Assembly: GCA_045863295.1 (NCBI GenBank)
Contig: BTWA01000006.1
Span: 163,431-227,430, forward strand
Origin: Candidatus Hydrogenedentota bacterium
Lineage (GTDB): Bacteria > Hydrogenedentota > Hydrogenedentia > Hydrogenedentales > SLHB01
Direction of reading: 5' to 3'
DNA: 64,000 bases
The notes beneath the pieces were generated by a model. It saw nothing but the letters and a program-made list of their open reading frames with translations. It was not told where the DNA came from and searched no databases. How positions within the stretch are numbered: position 1 is the first letter of the stretch; every line of letters begins with the position of its first letter. Shown one piece after another: positions 29,548-40,117 of this stretch. Position numbers and translations under genes: made by a program.

Positions 29548-30060
29548 ATGTCCATCAATCGCGAACTCAATCTGGAAATGCCGCTCCAAGATATCCGGCA
29601 CGAAGCGGTCCTCAATATCGTCCGGACCGCCGCGGTCATGTCAAATACAGGCGCGCTCTTGTTTCGACGATTCGGATTGACCGAAGCCCAATTCAACGTC
29701 CTTTTTTCCCTGAAGTTTAATCCTACCAAAGTCACGCAGTCCGATTTGGGAAAACGTCTGGTCGTGACCCGGGCAAGCATTACTTCCGTATTGGACAAGT
29801 TGGAGAGTAAAGGCCTTGTGGAGCGAAAGGACGTGAGCGGGGATCGCCGCATGAATCACGTTCGCCTGACCGAAGCCGGCAAACGATTGGTGGACGAAGT
29901 CGAGCCGTTTTACAGGGAAAACCTCAAAGCAGTAACCAAAGGTCTAAGCGATCAGGATTGTGCGGCACTGATCCGTTTGCTGGAACAAGTACGCGACAGG
30001 ACTTGGGAATTGCAGGATTCTCTCTCCGAAACGGGAAGTAAAACCCAGGAGCGGGTTTGA
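29548..30060 (+). CDS. MarR-family transcriptional regulator
   Basis: GLTEAQFNVL, ITSVLDKLESKGLVER, DRR...LTEAG. Confidence 0.93.
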   Translation: MSINRELNLEMPLQDIRHEAVLNIVRTAAVMSNTGALLFRRFGLTEAQFNVLFSLKFNPTKVTQSDLGKRLVVTRASITSVLDKLESKGLVERKDVSGDRRMNHVRLTEAGKRLVDEVEPFYRENLKAVTKGLSDQDCAALIRLLEQVRDRTWELQDSLSETGSKTQERV

Positions 30061-30119
30061 TTCAGCAAGCGGATGCGCAATTAACTGTCACTCGTTGCAA
30101 ATAAGGAAACAATGGCCTT

Positions 30120-33100
30120 ATGGACTCTCAAGGCACTTTTCCAAGACCCGCGGTAGACCAGACCTATCGAAAAGGTTTTTGGTCACTATTTGTTACCCAG
30201 TTTCAAGACGCGTTCAGCGATAATCTTTATCGGTTTGTGATAGTTTTCTTCTTGCATGACTGGTACATCAAGAATGATAATCTTACAACCGCGCAGCAAC
30301 AGCAATCCCTCTCATTTTACCTAATGTCTGTAAGTACTGTCTTGTTTGCTATCCCCTATCTCCTGCTTCCAGGTTTTGCAGGAAGTTTGGCCGACCGATT
30401 CTCCAAGCAAAAGATCATACTTTTTGCCAAAGTATCCGAACTTTGCATCATGATCGTCGGCCTTATCGCCTTTCTCAATCCCCACCCAGTCCTCATCTGG
30501 GCCATGCTCGTCATGATGTTCACACAAAGCGGATTTCTGAATCCCGCCAAGTACGGTATCTTGCCGGAGATGTTGCCGGAAGGCAGACTTTCTTGGGGCA
30601 ACGGCATCATCATGATGGGCACATTTGCCGCGATTGTTAGCGGCCAGGCCATCGCCGGGTATCTGCATCAGTACGTGAACGGCGAGATGTGGAAAGCCTC
30701 AATTGTCCTCGTCGCCCTTTCAGGCTTCGGAATGTTTACCGCTATGGGTATATCGAAGGTACCGGCGGCCGCTCCTGAACGGCGACTGACGTTGATGCCG
30801 TGGAGCGGAGTTTTCAACAATCTGAAGTTGTTCTGGCGGGATCGCTACCTCTTCACCGTGCTGGTCGGGGGAACGTTTTTCTGGTTCGTCAGCGCGTTGC
30901 TTCAACAAAACATACTGACGTTTGGCAAAGTAACGCTCGAGCTGGATTCCGCAAGGGCAGGCCTAATGGTCGCCGTGATTTCAATCGGAATCGGCTTGGG
31001 TTGTGCCGCTTGCGGGTTTATGTCTCGCAATAGAATAGAAGTAGGACTCGTGCCATTTGGTCTTGCCGGATTTGCCGGTTTGAACATATTGGTTGGTCTG
31101 GTGCCTATCACATATCCATTGGTGTTCGTGCCTTTGTTCTTTCTCGGCTTTTTTGCCGGATTTATCGACGTTCCGCTTGAGGCCACGCTGCAATCTCGCA
31201 GCCCGAAGGCGTTGAAAGGCGCCATGATTGCCACGTACAACATCTTCACATGCACAGGCATTCTCGTGTCAGGCCTTGTAGTGATGGCATTGAGCAGTTT
31301 TGTGACTCCCAATCAGATTTTCCTCATCGCGGCGGCCTCATCTCTCGGAATGGGAATCTACATTGTCGTAATGCTTCCTGCCGCATTCTTGCGGCTGTTC
31401 CTATGGCTGCCCGCGAACACGCTTTACTCTCTTCGAGTCAACTTTAAGCAAAATGTTCCCGATCACGGCGGTGCACTGCTAGTAGCAAATCATGTGTCAT
31501 TCATCGATGCCCTCGCCATTACCGCGTCGCTCGATCGCCCTGTGCGATTCATTATGGCCGACGAGATCTATAAGGTCTGGTGGGTGCGTCCGATTGCCCA
31601 TATTATGAGGGCCATCCCCATTTCGTCCAACAGCGGTCCGCGCGAATTGGTGCATTCCTTGAAGAGCGCCACCGAGGCCATACAGAACGGCGAATTGGTC
31701 TGTATCTTCGCGGAAGGCCAGATCACACGGACCGGACAGTTGCTTCCGTTCAAAAAGGGTTTTGAACGCATCATGAAGGGAGTCGAGGCTCCGATTATTC
31801 CCGTTCACCTTGATCAGCTATGGGGCAGCATATTCAGTTTTGCCGATGGCAAGTTCTTCTGGAAATGGCCGCGACGTATCCCCTATCCCATCGCAATCTC
31901 TTACGGCGAACCCATGCCGGCGGACAGCGATTCCGCCGAAGTGCGGCTCGCTGTTCAGACGCTGGGAACGCGCGGATTCGCGGAGCGGCCATTGGAACAC
32001 CCGCTGTTGCACCGCGCATTCATTCGTACGGCGCGCAAGTATTTGTTCAGGATTGCCATGGCGGACGGCAAGGTTCCCCGGCTCTCCTTCTTCAAGGCCT
32101 TGGTCGGTTCTATTGCGCTGGCGCGAAAACTGAAGTACCTCTTGGGACCGGAGGAAATGACCGGTATCTTGCTCCCCCAATCCGTAGGGGGTGCCCTCAC
32201 CAACGTCGCGCTTACAATGATGGGCAAGGTGACTGTCAATCTGAATTACACGGCCTCCGCCCAATCAATGGCATCGGCAGTGCAGCAGTGCGGCATACGG
32301 CACGTATTGACCGCGCACGAGTTTCTCAAGCGCTTCCCCATTGACGTGCCGGGCGAAGTCATTTACATGGAAGAGGTAAAGCAGTCCATTTCCGGTAAGG
32401 ATCGTCTGATTGCCATGATTCTGGCCCTGTTCTGCCCCACCTCCCTGCTGGAACGGCTGGTGGGTTCGCCGGCAAACCGTTCTGAAGAGGATCTCGCCAC
32501 GATCATCTTTTCCAGCGGCAGCGAAGGCGATCCCAAGGGCGTCATGCTTACGCACCGCAACGTGCTGTCAAACGTGGAAGGCGTCGCCCAGGTGTTTCCG
32601 CACAAAACGGGTGACGGCATTATGGGAATACTCCCCTTCTTTCACTCATTCGGATATATGGGCACGCTGTGGTTGCCGTTGTGGCGCGGATTCTTCACCG
32701 TGTACCATCCAAATCCGTTGGAGCCGAAGATTATCGGACAATTGATATACAAGTACCGGCCGATCTTTCTCATTGCCACGCCTACTTTTCTTCAAGGATT
32801 CATTCGCCGTTGCTTGCCCGAAGAATTAAGCAGCCTCCAGTATGTAGTGACGGGAGCGGAAAAATTGCCCGAGCGAGTGCGCGAGGCCTTTCTGCACAAA
32901 TTCGGGGTGGAACCTTTGGAAGGGTATGGCACCACGGAGTGTGCCCCTGCGGTTTCCATCAACGTGCCCGACTTTCGTGCGCCGGGCTTTTATCAGGTAG
33001 GCCTGAAACGAGGAACGATTGGAAAACCACTGCCCGGCGTCTCTGTCAAAGTCATCGACCCGGATACGGAAGAGGTATTGCCTGTTGGCAGTAATGGGCT

Positions 33101-33575
33101 GCTCTGTGTCAAAGGGCCCAACATAATGAAAGGGTATCTCAAGCAACCGGATCGGACAGCGAAGGTGCTGAAAGAAGGCTGGTACAACACCGGCGACATC
33201 GCCAATGTCGACGACGACGGATTCATCACGATTACCGATCGCCTCGCCCGGTTCAGCAAGATAGGCGGCGAGATGGTGCCGCATAACAAAATCGAAGAAA
33301 CCCTGCACGAGTTGCTTGATATTCACGAACAAACGTTCGCGGTAACCAGCGTCCCGGATGAACAGAAGGGTGAACGTATCGTCGTTCTGCACACGCTGAT
33401 GGACGGCGAACTGGAAATCCTCGTAGATAAATTGAAGGATAGCGATCTGCCGAATCTTTGGCGACCCAAGGCCACTTCGTTCTATCGCATCGCGGAGATA
33501 CCCGTCCTCGGCACCGGAAAACTCGACTTGAAGAAAATGAAACAGTTGGCCGCGGAAATGGATCTCGGCGACTAG
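30120..33575 (+). CDS. aas: LplT-like MFS + PlsC acyltransferase + acyl-ACP synthetase fusion (Aas)
   Basis: MFS N-terminus (GSLADRFSK, PAKYGILPE); NHVSFID and FAEG; IFSSGSEGDPKGV, EGYGTTE, WYNTGD, RFSKIGGEMV. Confidence 0.9.
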   Translation: MDSQGTFPRPAVDQTYRKGFWSLFVTQFQDAFSDNLYRFVIVFFLHDWYIKNDNLTTAQQQQSLSFYLMSVSTVLFAIPYLLLPGFAGSLADRFSKQKIILFAKVSELCIMIVGLIAFLNPHPVLIWAMLVMMFTQSGFLNPAKYGILPEMLPEGRLSWGNGIIMMGTFAAIVSGQAIAGYLHQYVNGEMWKASIVLVALSGFGMFTAMGISKVPAAAPERRLTLMPWSGVFNNLKLFWRDRYLFTVLVGGTFFWFVSALLQQNILTFGKVTLELDSARAGLMVAVISIGIGLGCAACGFMSRNRIEVGLVPFGLAGFAGLNILVGLVPITYPLVFVPLFFLGFFAGFIDVPLEATLQSRSPKALKGAMIATYNIFTCTGILVSGLVVMALSSFVTPNQIFLIAAASSLGMGIYIVVMLPAAFLRLFLWLPANTLYSLRVNFKQNVPDHGGALLVANHVSFIDALAITASLDRPVRFIMADEIYKVWWVRPIAHIMRAIPISSNSGPRELVHSLKSATEAIQNGELVCIFAEGQITRTGQLLPFKKGFERIMKGVEAPIIPVHLDQLWGSIFSFADGKFFWKWPRRIPYPIAISYGEPMPADSDSAEVRLAVQTLGTRGFAERPLEHPLLHRAFIRTARKYLFRIAMADGKVPRLSFFKALVGSIALARKLKYLLGPEEMTGILLPQSVGGALTNVALTMMGKVTVNLNYTASAQSMASAVQQCGIRHVLTAHEFLKRFPIDVPGEVIYMEEVKQSISGKDRLIAMILALFCPTSLLERLVGSPANRSEEDLATIIFSSGSEGDPKGVMLTHRNVLSNVEGVAQVFPHKTGDGIMGILPFFHSFGYMGTLWLPLWRGFFTVYHPNPLEPKIIGQLIYKYRPIFLIATPTFLQGFIRRCLPEELSSLQYVVTGAEKLPERVREAFLHKFGVEPLEGYGTTECAPAVSINVPDFRAPGFYQVGLKRGTIGKPLPGVSVKVIDPDTEEVLPVGSNGLLCVKGPNIMKGYLKQPDRTAKVLKEGWYNTGDIANVDDDGFITITDRLARFSKIGGEMVPHNKIEETLHELLDIHEQTFAVTSVPDEQKGERIVVLHTLMDGELEILVDKLKDSDLPNLWRPKATSFYRIAEIPVLGTGKLDLKKMKQLAAEMDLGD

Positions 33576-33583
33576 CGGATTGG

Positions 33584-34525
33584 ATGCATGGGATGATAGA
33601 AAAGGGCAAACGCATGGCCCTTTGGTCAGCCAGTGGACTGATTGGAGCGCTCGTACTTTACAATACCGGTACCAGCAGCGCCGCGCATTGGGCTGATCGC
33701 CATGAATTGAGAGACCCCGAGACAGGCATCCTCGTTGGGGCGGAGCCTCGCAATTTGGGTCCGGAAGACTCCCCCTTCGCTTTACTTTTCATCCATGGAT
33801 TTGTCGGCGCGGGGAACAACTTCAACACACTTCCGGATCAGGCCGCCGAGGCGGGATGGCACGTTCGCGTAATGCGATTGCCCGGACACGGTACTCGAGC
33901 GAGCGATCTAAAATCCGTTGAGGCCGCCGACTTGCGAAAAGCCGTCGAGCAGGAAGTCCTGGATCTGCAAAGCAAACATGCGTGCGTTGTACTGGCTGGG
34001 CATTCGATGGGGGGCGCGCTCGCGGTGTTGACTGCTTCCGGCATTCCCGTGGACGGTCTTCTCCTGGGTGCGCCCTATTTCGGAATTACGCACAAATGGT
34101 ACTACGGCCTCAAGCCGGAAACCTGGGTTCGCATCTCCAGTCCGTGTATACGATGGGTTTACAAAGGAAAGCTCTTTCTTCAGGTCAACGACAAGAGCGC
34201 CAAAGATAAAATCGTCTCATACCGTTGGATTCCCAGTAAGGCAAGTGTCACGTTAAATGAAATCGGTGGAATGGTGAACGAACCCGAGGTACTGAAGAAG
34301 ATTACCTGTCCGGTAATCCTGTTTCATGCGACGGGCGACATTGCGGCATCCTATGACGCCGCACGGCACGCGTTTGACAGCATGCCGGCAAAAGACAAAA
34401 CATTCGTCGATCTTCCCCGCTCCAATCACCACGTCTTCTGGGATTTCGACAAGGATGTGGTTGCCCGCGATTCAATCGGATTTCTTGATCGAATCCGAAA
34501 AACGAAAGAGACCGGTAAGCCCTGA
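33584..34525 (+). CDS. alpha/beta hydrolase (carboxylesterase/lysophospholipase-like) with an N-terminal anchor
   Basis: FIHGF, LPGHG, GHSMGG, GD...SNH catalytic-triad pattern. Confidence 0.88.
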   Translation: MHGMIEKGKRMALWSASGLIGALVLYNTGTSSAAHWADRHELRDPETGILVGAEPRNLGPEDSPFALLFIHGFVGAGNNFNTLPDQAAEAGWHVRVMRLPGHGTRASDLKSVEAADLRKAVEQEVLDLQSKHACVVLAGHSMGGALAVLTASGIPVDGLLLGAPYFGITHKWYYGLKPETWVRISSPCIRWVYKGKLFLQVNDKSAKDKIVSYRWIPSKASVTLNEIGGMVNEPEVLKKITCPVILFHATGDIAASYDAARHAFDSMPAKDKTFVDLPRSNHHVFWDFDKDVVARDSIGFLDRIRKTKETGKP

Positions 34526-34584
34526 AGGCCACCGGTCTCGATCAAACCCCTCAATGCGCTCAAGAAATATCGCTGCGCGTACCG

Positions 34585-35868
34585 CTATGCCGTTGCGGTA
34601 CGACCACTGGTTTTCTGCTTCTCCGGAATTTCGCCGCTGTGCTCATACACAATAATGGGATCTTCGTGCGTATTGATAACCCCGGGTGTGATCACGCATT
34701 CCTTTACGTCCTTGTGAGACGGAATGTCGTACATAACGTTCAGCATGACTTCTTCCAGAATTGAGCGAAGCCCACGCGCGCCAGTCTCTTTCTTCAAAGC
34801 ACATTCCGATATGGCGGCAATAGCTTCGTCCTGGAAGTGCAGCTTCACATTTTCCAGTTCGAACAGCTTCTGATACTGCCGAATGATGGCATTCTTGGGC
34901 TCGACCAGGATTCGCATCAATTCTTCTTTACCCAGTTCATGCAACGTCGCGATGATGGGCAGACGTCCCGAGAATTCCGGGATCATTCCGAACTTGATGA
35001 GATCCTCCGGTTCCAGAAGTTCGAGCAACTCGCCGATCTTGCGGTCCTTTTTGGATTGAATTTCGGCGTTGAAACCAATCACTGTCTTGCGAGTGCGCTT
35101 CTCTACGATCTTGTCCAGACCGTTGTACGCGCCCCCGCAAATAAACAGGATGTTGGTTGTGTCAACCTGGATGCACTCCTGTTGCGGGTGCTTACGGCCG
35201 CCTTGCGGCGGAACATTGGCAACGGTGCCTTCCAGCAATTTCAATAACGCCTGCTGGACCCCTTCGCCCGAGACATCCCGCGTAATAGACGGACTGTCAC
35301 CTTTCCGGGCGATCTTGTCGATTTCGTCAATATAGACGATGCCGGTTTCCGCGCGCGCGGCATCGAAATCGGCATTTTGAAGCAGTTTAAGTATGACGTT
35401 CTCAACGTCGTCGCCCACATAGCCGGCCTCCGTAAGTGTGGTGGCATCGACTACGGCAAAAGGTACGTCCAAGAGCCGGGCAAGGGTCTGAGCCATGAGT
35501 GTCTTGCCGCAACCGGAAGGACCGATGAGCAAGACATTGGACTTTTGGATCTCGACGCCGTCAATTTCGCCGCCGGCGGAGATTCGTTTGTAGTGATTGT
35601 GGACTGCGACAGAGAGGATTCGCTTGGCGCGTTCCTGACCAATGACGTATTGATCCAGATACTCTTTGATTTCTACCGGCTTGGGAACCCGGAGATTTCG
35701 GCTGACCCCCTTCTTGGCCCGATCTTCCGCGACAATCTCGCCGCAGAGTGCAACGCATTCGTCACAGATGTTCACGTCGGGGCCGGCGATAAGTTTATTT
35801 ACTTCATCATGCCGTTTCCCGCAGAACGAACAGGTGTGAACGTCACCTCGGGACCGTGTTGGAGCCAT
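34585..35868 (-). CDS. clpX: ATP-dependent Clp protease ATPase subunit
   Basis: Zinc finger CSFC...[28 protein letters not shown] loop. Confidence 0.98.
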   Translation of the reverse strand: MAPTRSRGDVHTCSFCGKRHDEVNKLIAGPDVNICDECVALCGEIVAEDRAKKGVSRNLRVPKPVEIKEYLDQYVIGQERAKRILSVAVHNHYKRISAGGEIDGVEIQKSNVLLIGPSGCGKTLMAQTLARLLDVPFAVVDATTLTEAGYVGDDVENVILKLLQNADFDAARAETGIVYIDEIDKIARKGDSPSITRDVSGEGVQQALLKLLEGTVANVPPQGGRKHPQQECIQVDTTNILFICGGAYNGLDKIVEKRTRKTVIGFNAEIQSKKDRKIGELLELLEPEDLIKFGMIPEFSGRLPIIATLHELGKEELMRILVEPKNAIIRQYQKLFELENVKLHFQDEAIAAISECALKKETGARGLRSILEEVMLNVMYDIPSHKDVKECVITPGVINTHEDPIIVYEHSGEIPEKQKTSGRTATA

Positions 35869-35900
35869 ATCAACCTCCCCTCTTCGTGCTAGTGCTCTTT

Positions 35901-35929
35901 CTTATAGCACTTTGAGGGCTACTTGTCAA
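35901..35929 (-). promoter_or_regulatory. Internal sigma70 promoter for clpX
   Basis: TTGACA-17 nt-TATAAG with an extended TG; RBS GGAGG downstream. Confidence 0.7.
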
Positions 35930-36131
35930 CAATTATCTCGCCGCTGTGAAGCATCAACTGCTTCTGGAGCACCTGACTTCCCGTTCAACTCGCATTCCGT
36001 CGCCAGTAACTCTACCGCACTCAGCGACTTACAAAAAAGCCACCTGCTGGTGGCCTATATACTCAGTATACCATTCTTATCCCAGCCGTTACCAGTAGGT
36101 TGCCTAAAGCTGACTCCCCTGGTGGCCGTTT

Positions 36132-36746
36132 CTACCGCGTTAAGGCCGGCATCCGCTCCAGCACTTCGTCAATGAGTCCATATTCCAGCGCCTCTCTTGC
36201 ACCCATGAAGAAGTCGCGATCGCTGTCGCGGCGAATGACGTCTACCGGCTGGCCCGTGTGTCGAACAAGGATTTCGTCGATCATCTCACCAATGCGCACA
36301 ATTTCCCGCGCTTGGATTTCAATGTCCGACGCCTGCCCCCGGATCCCTCCCATGGGCTGGTGCAACAAAAACCTGGAATACGGCAAAGCGAATCGTTTGC
36401 CCTTAGTGCCTGCGGCCATTAACACCGCACCCATACTCGCCGCTTGCCCCAGGCAAATCGTCGACACTTCCGGTTTGATGTACTGCATAGTGTCGTATAT
36501 CGCGAGACCCGCCGTGACACTGCCGCCCGGCGAATTCACATAGAGTTGAATGTCCTTATCCGGGTCTTCGGCCTCGAGAAACAACATCTGGGCGATAATG
36601 TAGTTCGCCACATAATCGTCTATCGGCATGCCCATGAAGATGATGCGATCCGCGAGCAGCCTCGAATAAATATCGTACGGGCGCTCCCCCCGGCTGGTTT
36701 GCTCGTAAATGGTGACCGCATGAATGTCCAACGGGCGATCAGGCAT
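36132..36746 (-). CDS. clpP: Clp protease proteolytic subunit
   Basis: [29 protein letters not shown]. Confidence 0.98.
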   Translation of the reverse strand: MPDRPLDIHAVTIYEQTSRGERPYDIYSRLLADRIIFMGMPIDDYVANYIIAQMLFLEAEDPDKDIQLYVNSPGGSVTAGLAIYDTMQYIKPEVSTICLGQAASMGAVLMAAGTKGKRFALPYSRFLLHQPMGGIRGQASDIEIQAREIVRIGEMIDEILVRHTGQPVDVIRRDSDRDFFMGAREALEYGLIDEVLERMPALTR

Positions 36747-38265
36747 TGTTGGATTGCTCCAATTCATCGCGAGGTACCTCTTTATCCGTCACGGCGGCAT
36801 TCTCCATGACCCACTTCAAGGCCTTTTCACGAAACAGGCGGGCTTCGTACGATCCGCGTTGGTCATCGCCGGCCATATACCGGCTGACCATATCAAATTG
36901 CAGGCCTGTCCGCGCTGCAATGGCATGCGCTTCCTGTTCAAAATCCGCTTCGGTCACTTCCACCTTCTCGGTCTTACCGATCTCATTCAATGTGACGAGG
37001 CGCTTGATATCGCGAATGGCTGCTTCCCGGGACTGCGTTTGAAGCAACTCGTCCCGCTCCTCAATCTGCTTCACCGGAACGCGGGCCCGCACCAGTTCCT
37101 GGACCATTTCCCGATGGACGTCTTGGGCCACGCTGTCAATAAGCGACTTTGGAATCTCAAATTCGGAAGATTCAATGACCGCATCCAGCGCCCGTTCCTG
37201 CGAGATCCGATCGCTTTGAGCGCCTGAAGCATCTTGCAGTTGTGCGCGGTATTTGGTCTTCAAGTCGTCCACGTTTTCGTAACCGGCCTGGGCCGCAAAG
37301 TCATCATCCAAAGCGGGCAGTTCGCGGCGTTTCAACTCCTTGACCTCGATGGTGAATGCCGCTTTCTTGCCCCGCAAGTCTTCATTGGGAAGCGTGTCCG
37401 GCAGGGTCACGTCACAGGACAACGTCGCTCCCTTTTTTGCGCCCGCAAGGGCCGCTTCAAATTCAGGGAAGAACCGCTTGGTTCCGATAATGTAGGGGTA
37501 GCTTTGGGCCGATCCACCAGCAAACTCGTTGCCGTCCACGAGGCCCTTGAAATCGATGATGACTTGATCACCGTCCTGCGCGGCGCCCTCTTCCAAATTC
37601 TCGTACACCGCATAGCGGGTACGTAAATCTTCAATCGCGTCATTCAAATCCGCGTCGTCGACTGTCACCACGGGGCGCTCGACGGCCACGCCCTTGTAGT
37701 TGCCTAGCTTGACTCGAGGATGCACTTCAAACTTGAACGTAAATGAAATCGGCTCGCCTTCCGGCAATTCGTTGGCCTCTTCCAAGCCGTCAATGTCCGG
37801 CATCTGGATGGGATCCAAATCCTTGTCCTTGATCAGCTTTTGAAAAGCCGCCGAGACCAACTTGCCGGTTGCTTCGGAACGGACCGCCTTGGCGAATCGG
37901 CGCTCCAAAACTCGTCGAGGCACCTTGCCGCGGCGAAATCCGGGCACTTCCGCTCCGTCTTTCAATTCGTCATACATCTCATCGGCTTGCTTGGATCGAT
38001 TGACGGCGGGAACCACTACCTTCACTTCGTACGCGCACTCGCCTTTGTATTCAACGTCGAAGCTAGGGTCCTCGACAAATTCGAATTCGTGTTCGTGCCC
38101 ATGGTCGTGATCATGGTCATGGTGTTCGTGGGCGTGATCATGGTCATGATCGTGGTTGCACCCAGGACCATGCACATGTTCGTGTTCTTCCTCGGCCCCT
38201 TGGTCTGCCGTGGCCACGGCGCCCTCGACCGGCTCCACACTCTTGTTTTTCTTCTTCTCTGCCAT
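36739..38265 (-). CDS. tig: Trigger factor with a His-rich N-terminal extension
   Basis: PGFRRGKVP ribosome-binding motif; FKBP-like [10 protein letters not shown]...FEAAL; tig-clpP-clpX order. Confidence 0.95.
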   Translation of the reverse strand: MAEKKKNKSVEPVEGAVATADQGAEEEHEHVHGPGCNHDHDHDHAHEHHDHDHDHGHEHEFEFVEDPSFDVEYKGECAYEVKVVVPAVNRSKQADEMYDELKDGAEVPGFRRGKVPRRVLERRFAKAVRSEATGKLVSAAFQKLIKDKDLDPIQMPDIDGLEEANELPEGEPISFTFKFEVHPRVKLGNYKGVAVERPVVTVDDADLNDAIEDLRTRYAVYENLEEGAAQDGDQVIIDFKGLVDGNEFAGGSAQSYPYIIGTKRFFPEFEAALAGAKKGATLSCDVTLPDTLPNEDLRGKKAAFTIEVKELKRRELPALDDDFAAQAGYENVDDLKTKYRAQLQDASGAQSDRISQERALDAVIESSEFEIPKSLIDSVAQDVHREMVQELVRARVPVKQIEERDELLQTQSREAAIRDIKRLVTLNEIGKTEKVEVTEADFEQEAHAIAARTGLQFDMVSRYMAGDDQRGSYEARLFREKALKWVMENAAVTDKEVPRDELEQSNNA

Positions 38266-38425
38266 TGTCCAAGTATCCCAATAGTTTACGTTTGATAGAC
38301 GGCCGTGCCGAGTTCAACGCGGGTATTATTTCACACCGGCCCACAAAAGAAAAAGCCGTGAATGGCGCAACGCGCGCACTCCGGCCCAATTCCGAATCCC
38401 GGAATGGAAACTCCTTCAAGTACGA

Positions 38426-38510
38426 TGGTGGGCGAGGCGGGAGTCGAACCCGCACACCTTGCGGCACTGGATCCTAAGTCCAGCGCGTCTGCCAGTTCCG
38501 CCACTCGCCC
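38426..38510 (-). tRNA. tRNA-Leu(TAG)
   Basis: GGGCGAG...CTGGA CT TAG GA TCCAG, long variable arm, GGTTCGACTC, CCA end. Confidence 0.97.
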
Positions 38511-38571
38511 GCACGGACTCACCAATGCAAGACGCCGTATTCGATTCTCATGGAGCGCTGGAAGAGAAGAA

Positions 38572-38647
38572 TGGTGGGCCGCGCAGGAGTCGAACCTGCG
38601 ACCTTGTGATTAAGAGTCACCTGCTCTACCAACTGAGCTAGCGGCCC
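38572..38647 (-). tRNA. tRNA-Lys(CTT)
   Basis: GGGCCGCTAGCTCAG...GTGA CT CTT AA TCAC...GGTTCGACTC...CCA. Confidence 0.97.
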
Positions 38648-38695
38648 ATTCTCGTCCGGCGACTCGGTCCGAAGACGCTCCCTAAAAAAGGAAAA

Positions 38696-38771
38696 TGGAG
38701 CGGGAGACGGGGCTCGAACCCGCGACCTCAACCATGGCAAGGTTGCGCTCTACCAACTGAGCTACTCCCGC
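38696..38771 (-). tRNA. tRNA-Gly(GCC)
   Basis: GCGGGAGTAGCTCAG...CAACC TT GCC AT GGTTG...GGTTCGAGC...CCA. Confidence 0.97.
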
Positions 38772-38785
38772 CCAGACGAAGCCGA

Positions 38786-38814
38786 ATCTTAGCATACGCA
38801 AAGGGTCGTGTCAA
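38786..38814 (-). promoter_or_regulatory. sigma70 promoter of the tRNA cluster
   Basis: TTGACA-17 nt-TAAGAT, 14 nt upstream of tRNA-Gly. Confidence 0.8.
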
Positions 38815-38981
38815 CTTGGCGGCAAGGACACACACAATCCATTAGCGCTTGAAGGCCATTGGCTTAGGGGTATACGGCCCCAAGACAATCCGGGGCCGGC
38901 ACAGCCCGGGAATCTTGATAAAAATCCTCCATTCCGAATGGGATGCACACCACATCCGAGGCAGATTCGTTCCGCAAGCAA

Positions 38982-39014
38982 CAAGCCTTCGGCCACACGG
39001 TGGCCGAAGGCTTG
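38982..39014 (-). terminator. 15-bp perfect hairpin downstream of the hydrolase gene
   Basis: CAAGCCTTCGGCCAC-ACG-GTGGCCGAAGGCTTG; weak U tract. Confidence 0.55.
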
Positions 39015-39036
39015 AGAAAGATCGGCTCAATCGATT

Positions 39037-39948
39037 TCAAGGAACGGTCAAATCGTCGAATACCTGTTTCACGGCGTCGATTACGGCCTGTGGCTTTTCC
39101 ACCTGAACTTCATGGCTGGAATCCACTTCAATCAATACCCCGCTAGGCACCAGGTTGGCCTGGACCTGATCGAAATTCTGCTTGATGCCGTCTGCCAATG
39201 CCGCTTGCTCCGGCGACTCCAGCGCGTGCACATATTGAGTCGCTCCCAGGTAGATGAAGGGCATATCGGTTAACGCATTGTTATCCCGCACCAGGCGATA
39301 GGAAAAATTCTTGTTATAGTACTCCCCGACTGCCCCTATATAGTGATCAAGTTCATCGAAGTAGTACCCATAGGCCAAATCTTCTTCCGCCAACGCTTGG
39401 GGCGTCATGATTCGAGCCAATTCGTCGTCCAGATCTTCGTGCGTGCAATCCACAAGCACCATACCGGCGACCCGCTCCGGATATTGGTTCGCAAAATACC
39501 GCGCAAATATTCCCGCAATGGAATGGGCGCAAATTATCACCGGATCCTGCAATCCCAATGTATCCAAAAACCCTTTCAATTCATCCGCGATCACATCCGC
39601 CGTCCTGGGGTTTGTGCCTTCCTCTGTGCAGCTGACGCCGCCGCGGTTGTACACAACACCCGTCGTAAACTCGGCAACGCCCGGCAACACCTTGTTCCAG
39701 ACCGACGAGTTATCGCCCATTCCAGACATGAAGATTACAACTGGACCGCCCGTCCCCATGGATTTATAGGAAATGGAAAGCCCATTTACATCGGCATAGC
39801 CGAACTCGGAACAATTCTCTGGAGGAGGCGGACAGCCCATTTGACGAGTCGATACCATCGCCAGCAGCGACAGCGCCAGAATCCGGCTCGTCCAGCGGAC
39901 CCACACAGGCGACGACATTGATCTACTGCTTGTAGCTTGTCCGGACAT
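39037..39948 (-). CDS. Exported alpha/beta hydrolase
   Basis: Signal region ending MGC; YNRGG, CAHSIAG nucleophile elbow, VLVD, SSHEV. Confidence 0.85.
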   Translation of the reverse strand: MSGQATSSRSMSSPVWVRWTSRILALSLLAMVSTRQMGCPPPPENCSEFGYADVNGLSISYKSMGTGGPVVIFMSGMGDNSSVWNKVLPGVAEFTTGVVYNRGGVSCTEEGTNPRTADVIADELKGFLDTLGLQDPVIICAHSIAGIFARYFANQYPERVAGMVLVDCTHEDLDDELARIMTPQALAEEDLAYGYYFDELDHYIGAVGEYYNKNFSYRLVRDNNALTDMPFIYLGATQYVHALESPEQAALADGIKQNFDQVQANLVPSGVLIEVDSSHEVQVEKPQAVIDAVKQVFDDLTVP

Positions 39949-40117
39949 GCGACTCTCCTTTTCGCTTCCCTGACCGCATTGACATCCAATAGGCGCAAAC
40001 AGACCCAGAATTTACGATCATTAGAATAACACAATGGAATAGGAACGAGCATGGAAAAACGAGAGGATAGCGCGCGCAAACACAGCGAACGCGAATGAGG
40101 CAATTGCGACCGGCGAA

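Noticed and set aside
35891..35921. Canonical CIRCE element
   Set aside because: Arm orientation and spacing do not fit TTAGCACTC-N9-GAGTGCTAA; reported only as a variant.
38426..38771. tRNA cluster as an integration site for an island or prophage
   Set aside because: No integrase, and I saw no duplicated tRNA 3' end; flanked by the housekeeping gene tig.
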